Below, piece by piece: positions 38,879 to 50,368 of a stretch of 64,000 nt of DNA. The DNA comes from Dipteris shenzhenensis. Taxonomy: Eukaryota. The position numbers and the translations under genes were made by a program. Positions within the stretch are counted from its first letter, which is position 1. The number at the start of each line of letters is the position of its first letter. The notes under the pieces were generated by a model, which saw only the letters and a program-made list of their open reading frames with translations, ran no database searches and had not been told where the DNA came from. The stretch lies in the NCBI GenBank assembly GCA_047967505.1, contig CM106538.1; one strand, 5' to 3'.

Positions 38879-41080
38879 TGTTGGAATTATCACCATGATT
38901 CATGTCAGTGACCAATATATGACTAATAAGTGGGTTAGGGGCACATTTCCCTCTTTAGAGGTTTTTCCCCCTAATCGCAGTTAGGATACCCAACTATAGT
39001 TAGTAGTTAATGATTGGGTTAGTTAGGGTTTTGTCACTATGACAAAACCCCTAGTTTTGTGTGTTGTTGATATCTCTTGTAATACAACTGACGTTGCTCT
39101 CCTTCCTGCTCTCACCCCTTTGCTCACATTTGGTATCAGAGCAAGGATTAGTTCCCGGACCAGCTCATGCTCCTCCTGCCTCAGCTTGGTATCCGTACAC
39201 GCAGCCCATAGGTCGCCTACAACTCCACGTTGCTCCGTCCGTACAGCTCCAACCTACGTGCCAGTTGTCCGTACAACCTACCGCCACCCGTCGTACAACA
39301 TGCGCCACCCATCATACATGTGCCACCCGCCATACAACGTGCACGTACAACGACGTACAACCATTGTACAACGATGTACGGTACACAATTGTACTAGCAT
39401 TTCGTACTGCAGCACGTTCGTACAGGTTGTACAAACGTGTACTTGATTTTCGCACAGGTCCACGCGTGACTTGTATTCATTGTTCCGTACTGCACCAACA
39501 GTACAGCCCGTACAGTTTGTATTGTACGGACTGTTTTGTTTCTCTTTGTCTCTTCATTTGCTTCGTCAGGGTCTCTTTGCAGGATCCCTTTGCAGGTGCA
39601 TTTTGTAGTGTGAGCCATTGTTTGGCCAATCTGTTGGAACAAAAATTTGGGGCATTTTGTGTGCGTGACAGACATTGCAATCAGTTTGCAAAATTTGCTC
39701 CAGAATTTAGAGCTTTTGGTTTTGCTTGCAATTTTGCATAGAAATTTGGGGCTTTTGGGAAATTTCCCCTCTTTTGATTGCAATTTCTCGGGCTGCAATT
39801 TCTCAATGTACGAGGCGTTTGAACACTTTGCAGGCAGTTTTGGACTCAGATTGAGTGACATTGCAGACATATGCCATTATTTGCAGTGTCATTTTGGGCG
39901 TTTTTGGCATTTGCAGGATATTTGGGTGCATTTTGAGCCTTTGATAGGCTGAGGCAGCAAGCTGTCCCTTGGTTTTGGACACCCATTTTCCTATATTTGG
40001 AGCTTTTGGATTTTTTGCAGGTGTTTTGCAGAGAGATCTAGCAGAGATTCGAGTGAATTTATGCTTGTGGGCTGTTGCATTTTGAGCCATTGATTGGCTG
40101 TTTTTTCCAGAAGTGGGTAGTTTGCATCAATATCCTAGCAAGGATTTGTGTTGTGCACCTTCATTCCCAGAAAGGGAATTTTTTGGTTGGTATTTGCTAC
40201 AATTTCTTTGGTAGTTATGGCCCAAAACAATCCCAACGAAGTGTTTGGAGTCTCTCAAACAGGAGGATAAGTTGGATGGTACCAACTACTCCCTATGGAG
40301 TTTTATGGTTCACAATATCCTAGTTGGCAAACACTTATGGGACTATGTCAATGGGGATGAGCCACGCCCAGAGAATGTAGTTGCACCTGCCACTCCTCCT
40401 CAACAAGGTGGAGGAAGAGGTAGAGGACAAGCTCAAGGTGCAGGACAAGTGCTAGGTGCAGCAACTGCTGCAGCGGTGGCTCCTACACAGGATCGGAAAA
40501 GGTGGGATTCACGTGATGCACTAGCACTTTCAGCTATCTCCCTTTCTGTCAAAAGGTTTATCATTTTGCACATTCGGTCATGCAAGACCTTGAAGGCAGC
40601 TTGGGATATTTTCGAGAGTATGTTTTCAGCCCGCAATGATGCTAGGGTCTCATTCTTGAAGAGAGTTGGCTCATAGTCATATGGATGAGGGGGACTCTAT
40701 GTCTGAGCACCTCACTAAACTTTAGGATTTGAGAGAGCAATTATTGAATATTGATGAGATCATTCCAGATTCAGAGATGGTCACTACCATTCTGAATTCT
40801 TTTCCTGAGTCTTATCTTGGCTTTCACACCTCATTGAATTTGTCATTGAGGGGGGTGGCAACCCTCTTACTTTTCATGAGTTGATAGGACTTTTGTTGTA
40901 GGAAGAACAAACCAGAAAGAACATAGCTTCACGAGCTGGTGAACATGCAATGCTTTCGAAATTCAAGCCCAAAGGGAAGGGGCAACATAAGCAGCATGCA
41001 AATCAGCCTTTACATCAGCATAAAGCTGATTCTGGACAACCTTCTCACAAGGCTAAGAATGATGCAGAGAAGCTCAAGAG
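38879..41080 (+). mobile_element. Ty1/Copia element E, 5' part: LTR 38879-39128, PBS 39131-39142, leader, gag
   Basis: TGTTGG...CACA then TGGTATCAGAGC. The gag DKLDGTNYSLW is related to that of the 9729-16737 Copia. TSD TGAAG is shared with the LTR at 35228. Confidence 0.88.
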
Positions 41081-41084
41081 AAAG

Positions 41085-41599
41085 GGAGGGACCGATAGCT
41101 TAGGAACAAGGTTGTTCTAGATTTGAAGGTTAAGTGGAAAGGTCGCTCGAAAGTGGACAGTACCAATGTCTAGGGAGGAACAAGGTTGTTCATGATTTGA
41201 AGGTTAAGAAGTGGATTGTACCTAGGAAAGTATTGATTCTCTTTGGTGCCGATTCCCAGAGTTTTTGTCTCGACTCTCAATCCTTCTCAGAGTAAGGGGT
41301 GGAGAATGTTATGTTTCACCTCTAGACTAAAATGGCTAGTCTTATGGAGGTAAGGTCAACCTAGGGTCATGTAATCTCACGAGATAGTTAGGACATGGCA
41401 TACCCTTGGTATAGTTAGGATCTCTTAGGGTTGAGACACTTAAGACACCCTACACCTAGATATGTGTGGGGCATTCTTGGGAGTGGGGCATCCTAACAAA
41501 ACCGAGTTAGAAAGAAGCTCGTTCAGGCCTACGATTCCCTAACAACATCTATGCACAAAAGGGGCTGCGTTGTATTGGACATGTAGTCTTACTTGGGAG
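41085..41599 (+). mobile_element. Gypsy 3' end related to D: chromodomain remnant, PPT, LTR start at 41307
   Basis: Direct similarity to 38305-38450, with an internal partial duplication. Cut by element G. Confidence 0.65.
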
Positions 41600-43457
41600 T
41601 GTTAGAAACATGGTGAAGGGAGAGAGAGAGAGAGTTAGGGTGTGAGAAAATGATGCTCCAATGAAGACATAATGAAAGGCTCTCATTCATTCATCAAGTG
41701 TGGCAAGACAAGTGAAGTACAAGCCTTATGTAGGCTACTCACATACACTCTAGCACCTAGTGCATATGGGATGAGTCCCATGATGACACGTGGCACTCAC
41801 ACAAGACTCACACACATAAACTAGTACTAGATCACCTAGTACTACACACTAACACACTCTTTGACTATGATATCTCCAACACCCCCCTTCAGAGCAAAGA
41901 GGTGTGAGACCCAACACGCAAGCGTAGACCGATCCCCCCTCCACCGCAATACTGCAAAGAGCAAGTCCAACTATCCAACCCCTCCCGTGTGATAGTGACT
42001 TCTCAGTCCGCTTGTGACCGGCAAGGACAAACCATCACTCGTCATCCCCCCTTACTCTGAACTTGGTGGTCAATACCATCAACCAAAGTAAAACACAATA
42101 CAATCATTTTTGGGGGACAACCCAGGGCAGAGGACCTCTTATTGACTCCAAAGACATTCAATTTAGAGGGACAACTCAAGGCTGAGAACCTTTAACTCAA
42201 ACATAGAAATATTTTCATTCATTTTATGCATAGCAAGGGCAGAGAACCCATGATCCCGAAGTAGCTACCGCACAAGAGTGTGCACATCCTAATGTGAAGA
42301 GGTATGTCGGTGAAGCACTAGGCGAGGATGCCCTCGAATGATGTGTCGATGAAGGCCATAGGAGCAGCTACCAAGGGACATCATGTCATGACTCTCAAGG
42401 TGCCGATCGGAGAGTCACCGAATGCGAAGAAGAGTCTCGGAGGCTCCAAAATGTAAACCTCTGATCAAAACGCAGCAAGAGGGTGTCCGGAAAGGCAAAC
42501 CCTAATGAAAAAACACGAAGAATACCCTGGAAATGCAGCAAGACAGCTCCGAATGCTGTATAAGATCACGAGGTGAAGGAGATCTTCACGAGTCGGTGCT
42601 GTAGGTGCCTTGAATAGATGCTAAGTGCTAAAGTCGGCTGAAATATCCTCCAAACAGCAAGAAAATCTCTGAAATATTGAGGCGGTTTTGCAGCAGCAAT
42701 CCTAAAACGACTCGAAGGTACAATAGGAGCTCCAAAACAGGTCAACCCTAATGAAAAAACACCAAGAATACCCTCGAAATGCAGCAAGACAGCTCTGAAT
42801 TCTCACGAGGTGAGGGAGATCTTCACAAGTCGGTGCTGTAGGTGCCTTGAATAGATGCTAAGTGCTAAAGTCGGCTGAAATATCCTCCAAACAGCAAGAA
42901 AATCTCTGAAATATTGAGGCGGTTCTGCAGCAGCAATCCTAAAACGACTCGAAGGTACAATAGGAGCTCCAAAATAGATCGAAAAAGCCTTCAAAAACCT
43001 CAAAATTCTGCAGCCAATGTCCACAGGTGGTCGACTTCTGCTGCAGCAGCCTGGAAACCCTGATTTTTGGCAACAGAATGCTCTGAAATGACCTCGAGGG
43101 GCCACACATGTGAAAAAACTCCTTGAAAACTGAACCGACCAGCAAATAAAAGGCTATGGAGGTGCAAACGCAGTCAAATATGCAGCAGCAGCAAGGCGGC
43201 AGGCAGCAGGGGCTAAAAGCAGATGCAAATGGCAGGAGGGACGAGGCAAAATGAGGTAGAAACCCTAGGAGGCAGCAAAGGAGAGGCTGGAGCAGAGGAA
43301 ACCCTAGGCGGTGAACTGTGGAGAGGCTATGCAGAGGCTGGAGCAGAACTGAGGCGGCAGCAAGGAGAAGCTTGAGAGCTTGAGCAGAATTAGGGTTAGG
43401 GTAGAATAGACTAGGGCAGGGCCGACATGCTCTAATACCATGTTAGAAACATGGTGA

Positions 43458-43497
<40 letters not shown>

Positions 43498-43593
43498 AGG
43501 GTGTGAGGAAATGATGCTCCAATGAAGACATAATGAAAGGCTCTCATTCATTCATCAAGTTTGACAAGACAAGTGAAGTACAAGCCTTATGTA
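41600..43593 (-). mobile_element. Non-autonomous LTR element G: 3' LTR 41600-41881, non-coding interior, PBS 43429-43440, truncated 5' LTR 43441-43593
   Basis: Both LTRs begin tgttagaaacatggtgaaggg(ag)n. PPT at 41882. No gag/pol motifs in the 1.56-kb interior, which has a ~240-bp tandem duplication at 42498-42974. Confidence 0.85.
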
Positions 43594-44003
43594 ACTAGTT
43601 CACATGATCTCAAGGTGGAAAGGGGTAGGTGGGCAAGACCCAAGATCCCTAGAGAAGAAAGGACCTGTAAATCCTGCCCCACAGGAGAGGTAGAAAATGA
43701 GCAGCATGTACTCCTAAGATCTAGAACCTACACTCACATCAGAGAAAGATATTAGGGCAGCAGAGACAATTTGAAAATCAGTTGGTACAGCTAGCCAAAA
43801 AGCTAGGAAGCTACTTGAAAGAGGTATTGGAACATCGAAACAAGGTACTGGGTCTAGCACCCAAGCTAGCCCAACAAGTACTCACTACATAAAGTTTGTT
43901 ATATTTCCTTTCACTGGTTGTAAGGGATCACCATTAGTTCATAATGATCGCCAGTCCCATAGATCCTGAAGGGTCCCACAGTGGACTTTAATGCATGCAT
44001 ATC

Positions 44004-44054
<51 letters not shown>

Positions 44055-44352
44055 ATGGAGGCCCAGCCCATCCCAGCTCTACTTAGAGGGACACCATCCA
44101 ACACGAGGCATCACTCTTGATATGGCCCACAGGATACAAAGACCACACCCTCCGTCAGCGATCCAACAAACACAGATAGAAGATAAATTTTTTAGCTTTG
44201 AGTATTTTGAGTTTCATAGTATAGCACTCAGCAAGGGCCCTAGCGAGCCCTTTGCCTCAGCCTACAATGGCTTATATGAGTTACTTTTGGATTGTAAATT
44301 GTCTCACAGGCCCGCAAGGCCTCGTGAAGACGTAGATATTTCATTCTTTCTA
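43594..44352 (+). mobile_element. Two head-to-tail 5'-truncated RTE-X-like LINE 3' ends (43594-44049 and 44050-44352)
   Basis: SSHDLKVERGR...PREERTCKSC...ENEQH, stem-loop at 43954-43992, then (CT)n. The second piece resembles 13780-14186 and has its stem-loop at 44301-44331. Confidence 0.85.
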
Positions 44353-45858
44353 TTATTTTCCAATCAGCATTCCAGGTTTTGCACTCAATAGTTAGGACGG
44401 GCACTGTTAGCGAGAGAGTATCTTAGGCACTTAGCCTGCTATAGGCTATAGCCTCACTGGGTGCAATTGCCCCCCATTACAAGGGGAGGAGTGGAGAGAG
44501 GCAAACACCTTCGCTCTTAATCCTTTACAACTGGGGAATATGGGGGCACTCTTGCTGTAGATCCTCACTAAACTGCGGAGGCTTGAAGCTCTGCTGTACC
44601 ACTGAACTGTAGGCTGAAGTATTGCTGACTGATGGCCACCTGTGGCAAGAGCTGTTTGTAGCTTTGCCATAAAACTCCAAAACTCCATTCCGAAACAGCA
44701 TACTATCCTCAGGCAGACGGACAACCTGAAGTTAAACAGGTGGGTGGAGGAAAATTTAAGACATTGTCAGAGGATCACTGGTAATGTAATGCTAGCTTGC
44801 AACAGGATAAGGAAGTACAAGGACTGTAATCGGACCAGAAACCCTAAAACAAAAGGCTTTATGGATGAGCCTGCAACAATTTTCTGTAAGCCTTCACCAA
44901 TCAATAGCATCTTTATTGTGAACTTCTACACGGGATGGTTCTGAATGCATCCTTGAACATGAGTGATTACCTCCTCTGCATTTACATGGAATGACTGATC
45001 ACGACTGTAAATTCAGACATACTCAGCTAGAGCTATTCCTTGAATGCTTTGGGCTGTCAAACCATAAAAAATCCCATGTTGTGTCCATAACGGCATAGCT
45101 CACACTTTCCCGGCTCTCCCTGCTGCCATACCGCTGCAATGCTAAAACAGTCAATGACTGGTATCGGATTGATCGGCAGCCTGAATATAAGCTGCGTTTA
45201 GTCAGGTTATTTTATAGGAATATTAGGCCTCCCTTAAGCTTCGTATGTCAACAGATTAAAAATTTAAGCTCAAAGGGAGCTCTACATGAGGTTCGAGTGA
45301 GGTTGTCACATCAATGTAGCAATGCCGCCCCTATTTGGCTAGGCACACAGAATACCCGTCAAATTCCAGATCTTGGTCAAGTTACAACGCATGACGCAAA
45401 GGGGTTGACCTACAGATTACATAACAAATGCGATCTTCTATCAATCTAACTTCATCGTTGACTAATTCCCTGCATGCCAAGAATCGTGCAACTCGCAAAT
45501 GCAGCTTAGGAGGCCTTTCCGACTTCAAGTCTTCTTATTTTCCGAGGTACTAAGACCACCAACCGTCGGGAAATACCGGGGCTATTTGTTCAGATTACCC
45601 TTTGATTCCAAGTGGAAACTCTCCTCAAGACGTACGTTGAAAAGGATGCAAAAGTCAAAACGGATCTATTCTCCATTTGCATTGAGCTTGTGCAGAGATC
45701 AGTACTTAGCACAAAAATCCATCGGTATTTCTTACCTCACCCCACCAAAACAATAGCATTCAAGTTCTTAACGAGATGGCACTGACTTCCACAAGTTAAC
45801 CTTCAATTTCCCTGAGGCATCGTGAAGCCAAACAGCCGCAAGAGAAGTTCACACTTAC

Positions 45859-45908
45859 TTAGCTCCGCCTGGACTCATGCAGCACCACCATTTTCCGAGA
45901 AACGCCAT
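45859..45908 (-). CDS. Coding exon 1 of a receptor-like cytoplasmic kinase (PTI1-like, At3g15890-like): MAFLGKWWCCMSPGGA(K)
   Basis: ATG at 45908-45906, then 16 codons + AA and a consensus donor GTAAGT (GT at 45858-45857). The phase-2 end joins the single leading G of exon 2 (AA|G = Lys). An MAF...CC N-terminus resembles this kinase family. Not in the ORF track. Confidence 0.8.
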
Positions 45909-45976
45909 CGCACGCTAGCTGTTCCTACATGCAAAGGAGCGTTCCTGCAGGCGAAGGAAACTTCGCATAAATTTCA

Positions 45977-45980
<4 letters not shown>

Positions 45981-46016
<36 letters not shown>
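45981..46016. repeat. (CT)n/(GA)n microsatellite just upstream of the kinase start codon
   Basis: Seen directly. Confidence 0.95.
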
Positions 46017-46019
<3 letters not shown>

Positions 46020-47315
46020 GCAGGCAGAAAACACCATATTCTCGTAAATTTGAGCACCATCGTGAATTGAAGTCAAGGGTTCACCTGATCACCGATGCAT
46101 TTTAGGCCGCCAGAGTTTATGGAGGCTTGGAAATGGAGCTTCGCAATGAATCGCAACTACATTTGAAGAACCGTGAGTGCAGAGTGCGGAAGGAATGCGC
46201 ACGAAAGAGTTGGAGATAGAAAACAAAGAGCTGAAATGATGATCCGCATAAATCTTGTGGAAGCAAGCACACAACAAACTGCAGTGATTACACAGCCAGG
46301 ATCGAGGAACTGCAACTCTCAAGATCGCGTGGGAACTTTTTAAGAGCTGCTCCCACGCGCACACTGGGTGCCCGCACCCACCCGCTCGATGCTCACACGT
46401 TCGACACGTTTGGCCAAATGAATCCTCGGACGCTCTGTCCGTGTGCGGGAACAAGTCCTTACCTTCGCGTTGAAACTCCCCCGAGAGCTCACCCATGTGG
46501 TGCGCTCTCACTCACATGTGTCTCTTACTCGATGACAGTGCAATGTTTCTGTCGATCCCTACGGTCACTAGCATGGCCATGTAGACGGGCGGAGCAACAA
46601 TAGCTCATGCAGTAGAGCTTTTGCCCACTTGAGCTAGCTGCCCCTGTTCAAATCTTGAAAGGTGTCGCCTACTACCTAACAACGTAGGTCCGAGTAGATG
46701 TGCCCTGTAGTGCTCCATGGGTGTGTGCGTGGGTGCATGAGTGAAAAATTTTTAAAAAGCAGCAACTAACACAATCCCAGAGAGGAGAACTAGGCAGGTG
46801 CAAGCCAGGTGAGAGACATGTATCTACAAATTTTTATCACCACAAATGAGTACTCAATAGAGGGCCTCTCAAGGTGACTGGATCCAATATTTCCACAACA
46901 AAGCGATTTTACACCAAACGAAGGTTGTTTCCACCCCAAAATCAACTACTCAATTGAACCTCGCATACTTTAGCATATCATGCCTTCCTTGAAAACGCCA
47001 AGGGTTGGTTTTTGCTAACATAGGAACCTTAGAAAAGGGTTGAAATCAAGAGCCCTAAACTCATGTTCTACAAGCTAGAGTGCCAAATATAATATCTAAG
47101 AAATTTTAGGTGTCCTCAACCAAGAGTGGAGCAACTGGTGGGAAGGAACTCCACTCAAAGTTGCACCAATAGTATGTAACACTAATGAAAAAGGGTGTCA
47201 GATAATCAAACTTTTTTTCCCGCCCAAAAAAAAAAAAGGGTGTCGGATTGATTGCCCGTGGAAACATATTCAAGATTGTGACATCATAGGGTGCATAGTT
47301 GGCTTCTCATAATGG

Positions 47316-47424
47316 ATCAAGGCACTTTGTGTAAACCTCCCTATTGGATCAAGGCACTCTCTCATAATGGATCAAGGCACTCTCTCAAAATGGATCAAGG
47401 CACTCTATGTAAACCTCCCTATCA
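47316..47424. repeat. Four copies of TGGATCAAGGCACT with two alternating spacer types
   Basis: Seen directly. Confidence 0.85.
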
Positions 47425-49960
47425 GAGACAACCCTCCCCATTGAGATGGCAAGGTGCCCATTCAACATGCCAAGGTAATGCCAATGCTAACAAGGCATCA
47501 CAAATACAGTACTCTTGAGAGAGTTTCCCCTGCCTCTTCTCAAATAGCCTATCATGTGGAATGATAGTATACTTGATGAGCATGGCAGATGGCTTGCTTG
47601 GTAGTTCTCATTATATGCAGTGGCCTAGATGCGAGAGAGGTTCTATGGGGTTTACACCTACACTGTTTATTTCTTTTTGGGATATGATTGGCGACCTCCA
47701 TATCTTGGACCTGCATGTCATTTAAGACTTTGGTCTTGATTCTTTTACAAAGGGTCTCATTCATCTTATCCCAAAAGGGCCTTGTAGAAATTTAAATTCT
47801 CAATGGAGGCCAATTACTCTCTTGGGCACTTCTAACAAAATTTTGGCAAAATTCATTAGTACTTGCATCCCATCCTTCCAAACCTCAATTGATATGGGGT
47901 GTGTAAGTACCCATGCAAACATAATTGGCTTCACATTAGGCTAATGAGCATGTGTCACATCACAATATGGTTTACATTTATTAGTCAAGTCTAATGTAGA
48001 GAATCTCTCTCTCTCTTTCACCTCAACAATTGACCATCTCTACATGCAGAACTTACACTAACAAGAAGTATAATGAAGAAGGTGAGAGTGCTCTCAACGG
48101 AAGCAAGAACGGAAGAGGGAGAGAGAGAAATAGAGAGCCGCACAAGTTTTGGTGGGTGCAGAACACCCTAATCTTCTTTTTCATTCATTTATATATGTGT
48201 TTGAGTATTGTACATAACCGGGGTAAAGGCACAGTAACCTTTAACCCCCACAACCTCCCACTTAAAGGACAATGTGCCTTTAAGGGAGAACAACCAGTGA
48301 GCATACTATCCAATGCCCATCAATACACGACAATACTCAAACCGCTGACTAGGTAGACTCTTCGTCAGCATACCTGCAGGGTTATCGTCTGTATGAACCT
48401 TGACAAGCTCTATGCGCTTGTCCTCAAGTACCTCCCTGATGAAATGGTACCTGACCTCAATGTGTTTGGTCTTTGCATGAAAGACCGGACACCGTGCTAG
48501 CTGAATAGCACTCATGGAATCACTATGCAATGTCGATACACCTGTATGAATCCCCAAATCTCCCACTAGCCGATCAAGCCATATAGCCTCCTTGCAAATC
48601 TCCCACTAGCCGATCAAGCCATATGTGCACGAGACATCCACGACACTGCACCACCTGTAAAGGTGAACACATAACCAGAAGTGAATCTCCTACTATCCAC
48701 ATGCATTGCATAGTCTGAATCTGTGTACCCAAGTACACGCATGTCTTCTCTACCAAAGCAGATGCACATCTCCTTGGTATCCTTCATGTACCTCATGATG
48801 CACTTAACTGCCTCCCAATGCCTCTTTCTTGGATTAGCCATATACCGGCTAACAACTCCCACTGCAAATGCAATGTCTAGTCTAGTAGCTATCATAGCAT
48901 ACATAAGACTCCCAACTGTTGATGAATAAGGAACCTTGGCCATCATGGCCCTTTCCTCATCTGATTTGGGACTATCTATATGACTCAGTTTCACATATGG
49001 AGGCAATGGAGTACTCATTGCCTTCCCCCCCTCCATATTGAAACACTGCAATACTTTTGTAACATACTCCTTCTGTGAAAGCCAAATGAGTTTCCTACTC
49101 CAATCACGCGTGATGCGCATACCAAGAATATGACCTGCAAGTCCCAAATCCTTCATATCAAAGGCCTCATGCAACTTGGCCTTTAATGTATCTAGCTCAT
49201 AAGTATTCTGGCTAGCCAATAGCATATCATCCACATATAGTGCCAGGATTATCAGGCTATTATCCTTAGCCCTTTTAGTGTAGAGGCAGTGATCAATTTC
49301 ACTCCTTCTCAAACCCTGGGAGCGAATGAAAGCATCAAACTTCTGATACCATTCTCTAGGCACTTGCTTAAGACCATAGAGACTCTTCTTCAGCTTACAA
49401 ACTAAATGCTCTTTGCCCTTTTCTTCAAAGCCTTCCGGCTGCACCATGTAAATTTCCTCATGCAAATCCCCATGCAAGAAAGCTGTATTGACATCCATCT
49501 GCATAAGCTCCATATCCTCTAATGCTACTAGTCCAAGCATGCATCTAAGTGTGGTCATCTTCACAACCGGAGAGAATATCTCATCAAAGTCCACACCCTT
49601 CTCTTGCTTGTACCTAGGCACATCGTCACTTGTGACCTTCATCTTGTAGACCCATTTACATGGCAATGCTTTCTTCCCATGTGGCAAAGAAACCAAGTCC
49701 CAAGTCTTATTCTTCATAAGTGAACTCATCTCTGATTGCATAGCATACTCCCACTTGTGTTGATCCTCGCGCATCATAGCCTCTCTATAGCAAGAAGGCT
49801 CCCCGCAATTAGTAAGCATCACATAGTCTACCCCTAGAACAAACCTATCAGGCGGTCTAGACACTAGATGATCTTCTCAAGGGCATTTCGGCTTGCTGTC
49901 CCACCTGCATATCAACCACATTTGGCTCATCATTTCCACCAATAGATGATCCATCATCTA

Positions 49961-50368
49961 CCCTTGATTGTATACCTGTGGGAGTATTTGGTGGTACCAT
50001 TTCTTGCACATTTGGTGCATGGACAGCTTGCTGTCTATCAACATATGCAGGTGGATTCACATCCTGGAAAGTGATTCTCCTCATTTCCACATCCCTCATG
50101 GGTGCCTTATGCATCTTCTTCTCATTGAAGACTACATCATGGCTGCGTATGATCTTCTTTGCTTCCCTTGATTGTATACCTGTGGGAGTATTTGGTGGTA
50201 CCATTTCTTGCACATTTGGTGCATGGACAGCTTGCTGTCTATCAACATATGCAGGTGGATTCACATCCTGGAAAGTGATTCTCCTCATTTCCACATCCCT
50301 CATGGGTGCCTTATGCATCTTCTTCTCATTGAAGACTACATCATGGCTGCGTATGATCTTCTTTGCTT
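49961..50368. repeat. In-frame 204-bp tandem duplication in the Copia H integrase C-terminus
   Basis: A 68-aa block is repeated in ORF 49857..51398. The copies start at 49961 and 50165. Confidence 0.95.

Noticed and set aside
39039-39870. Overlapping Cys/Thr/Val-rich ORFs
   Set aside because: They are by-products of the GTAC-rich, low-complexity Copia leader.
43390-43402. TTAGGGTTAGGG telomere-like motif
   Set aside because: Only two units, inside an LTR-element leader.
45734-45858. Strong alternative donor GAG|GTAAGA about 120 nt into intron 1
   Set aside because: Use would include an immediate TAA stop. There is no evidence of use, and such sites occur by chance.
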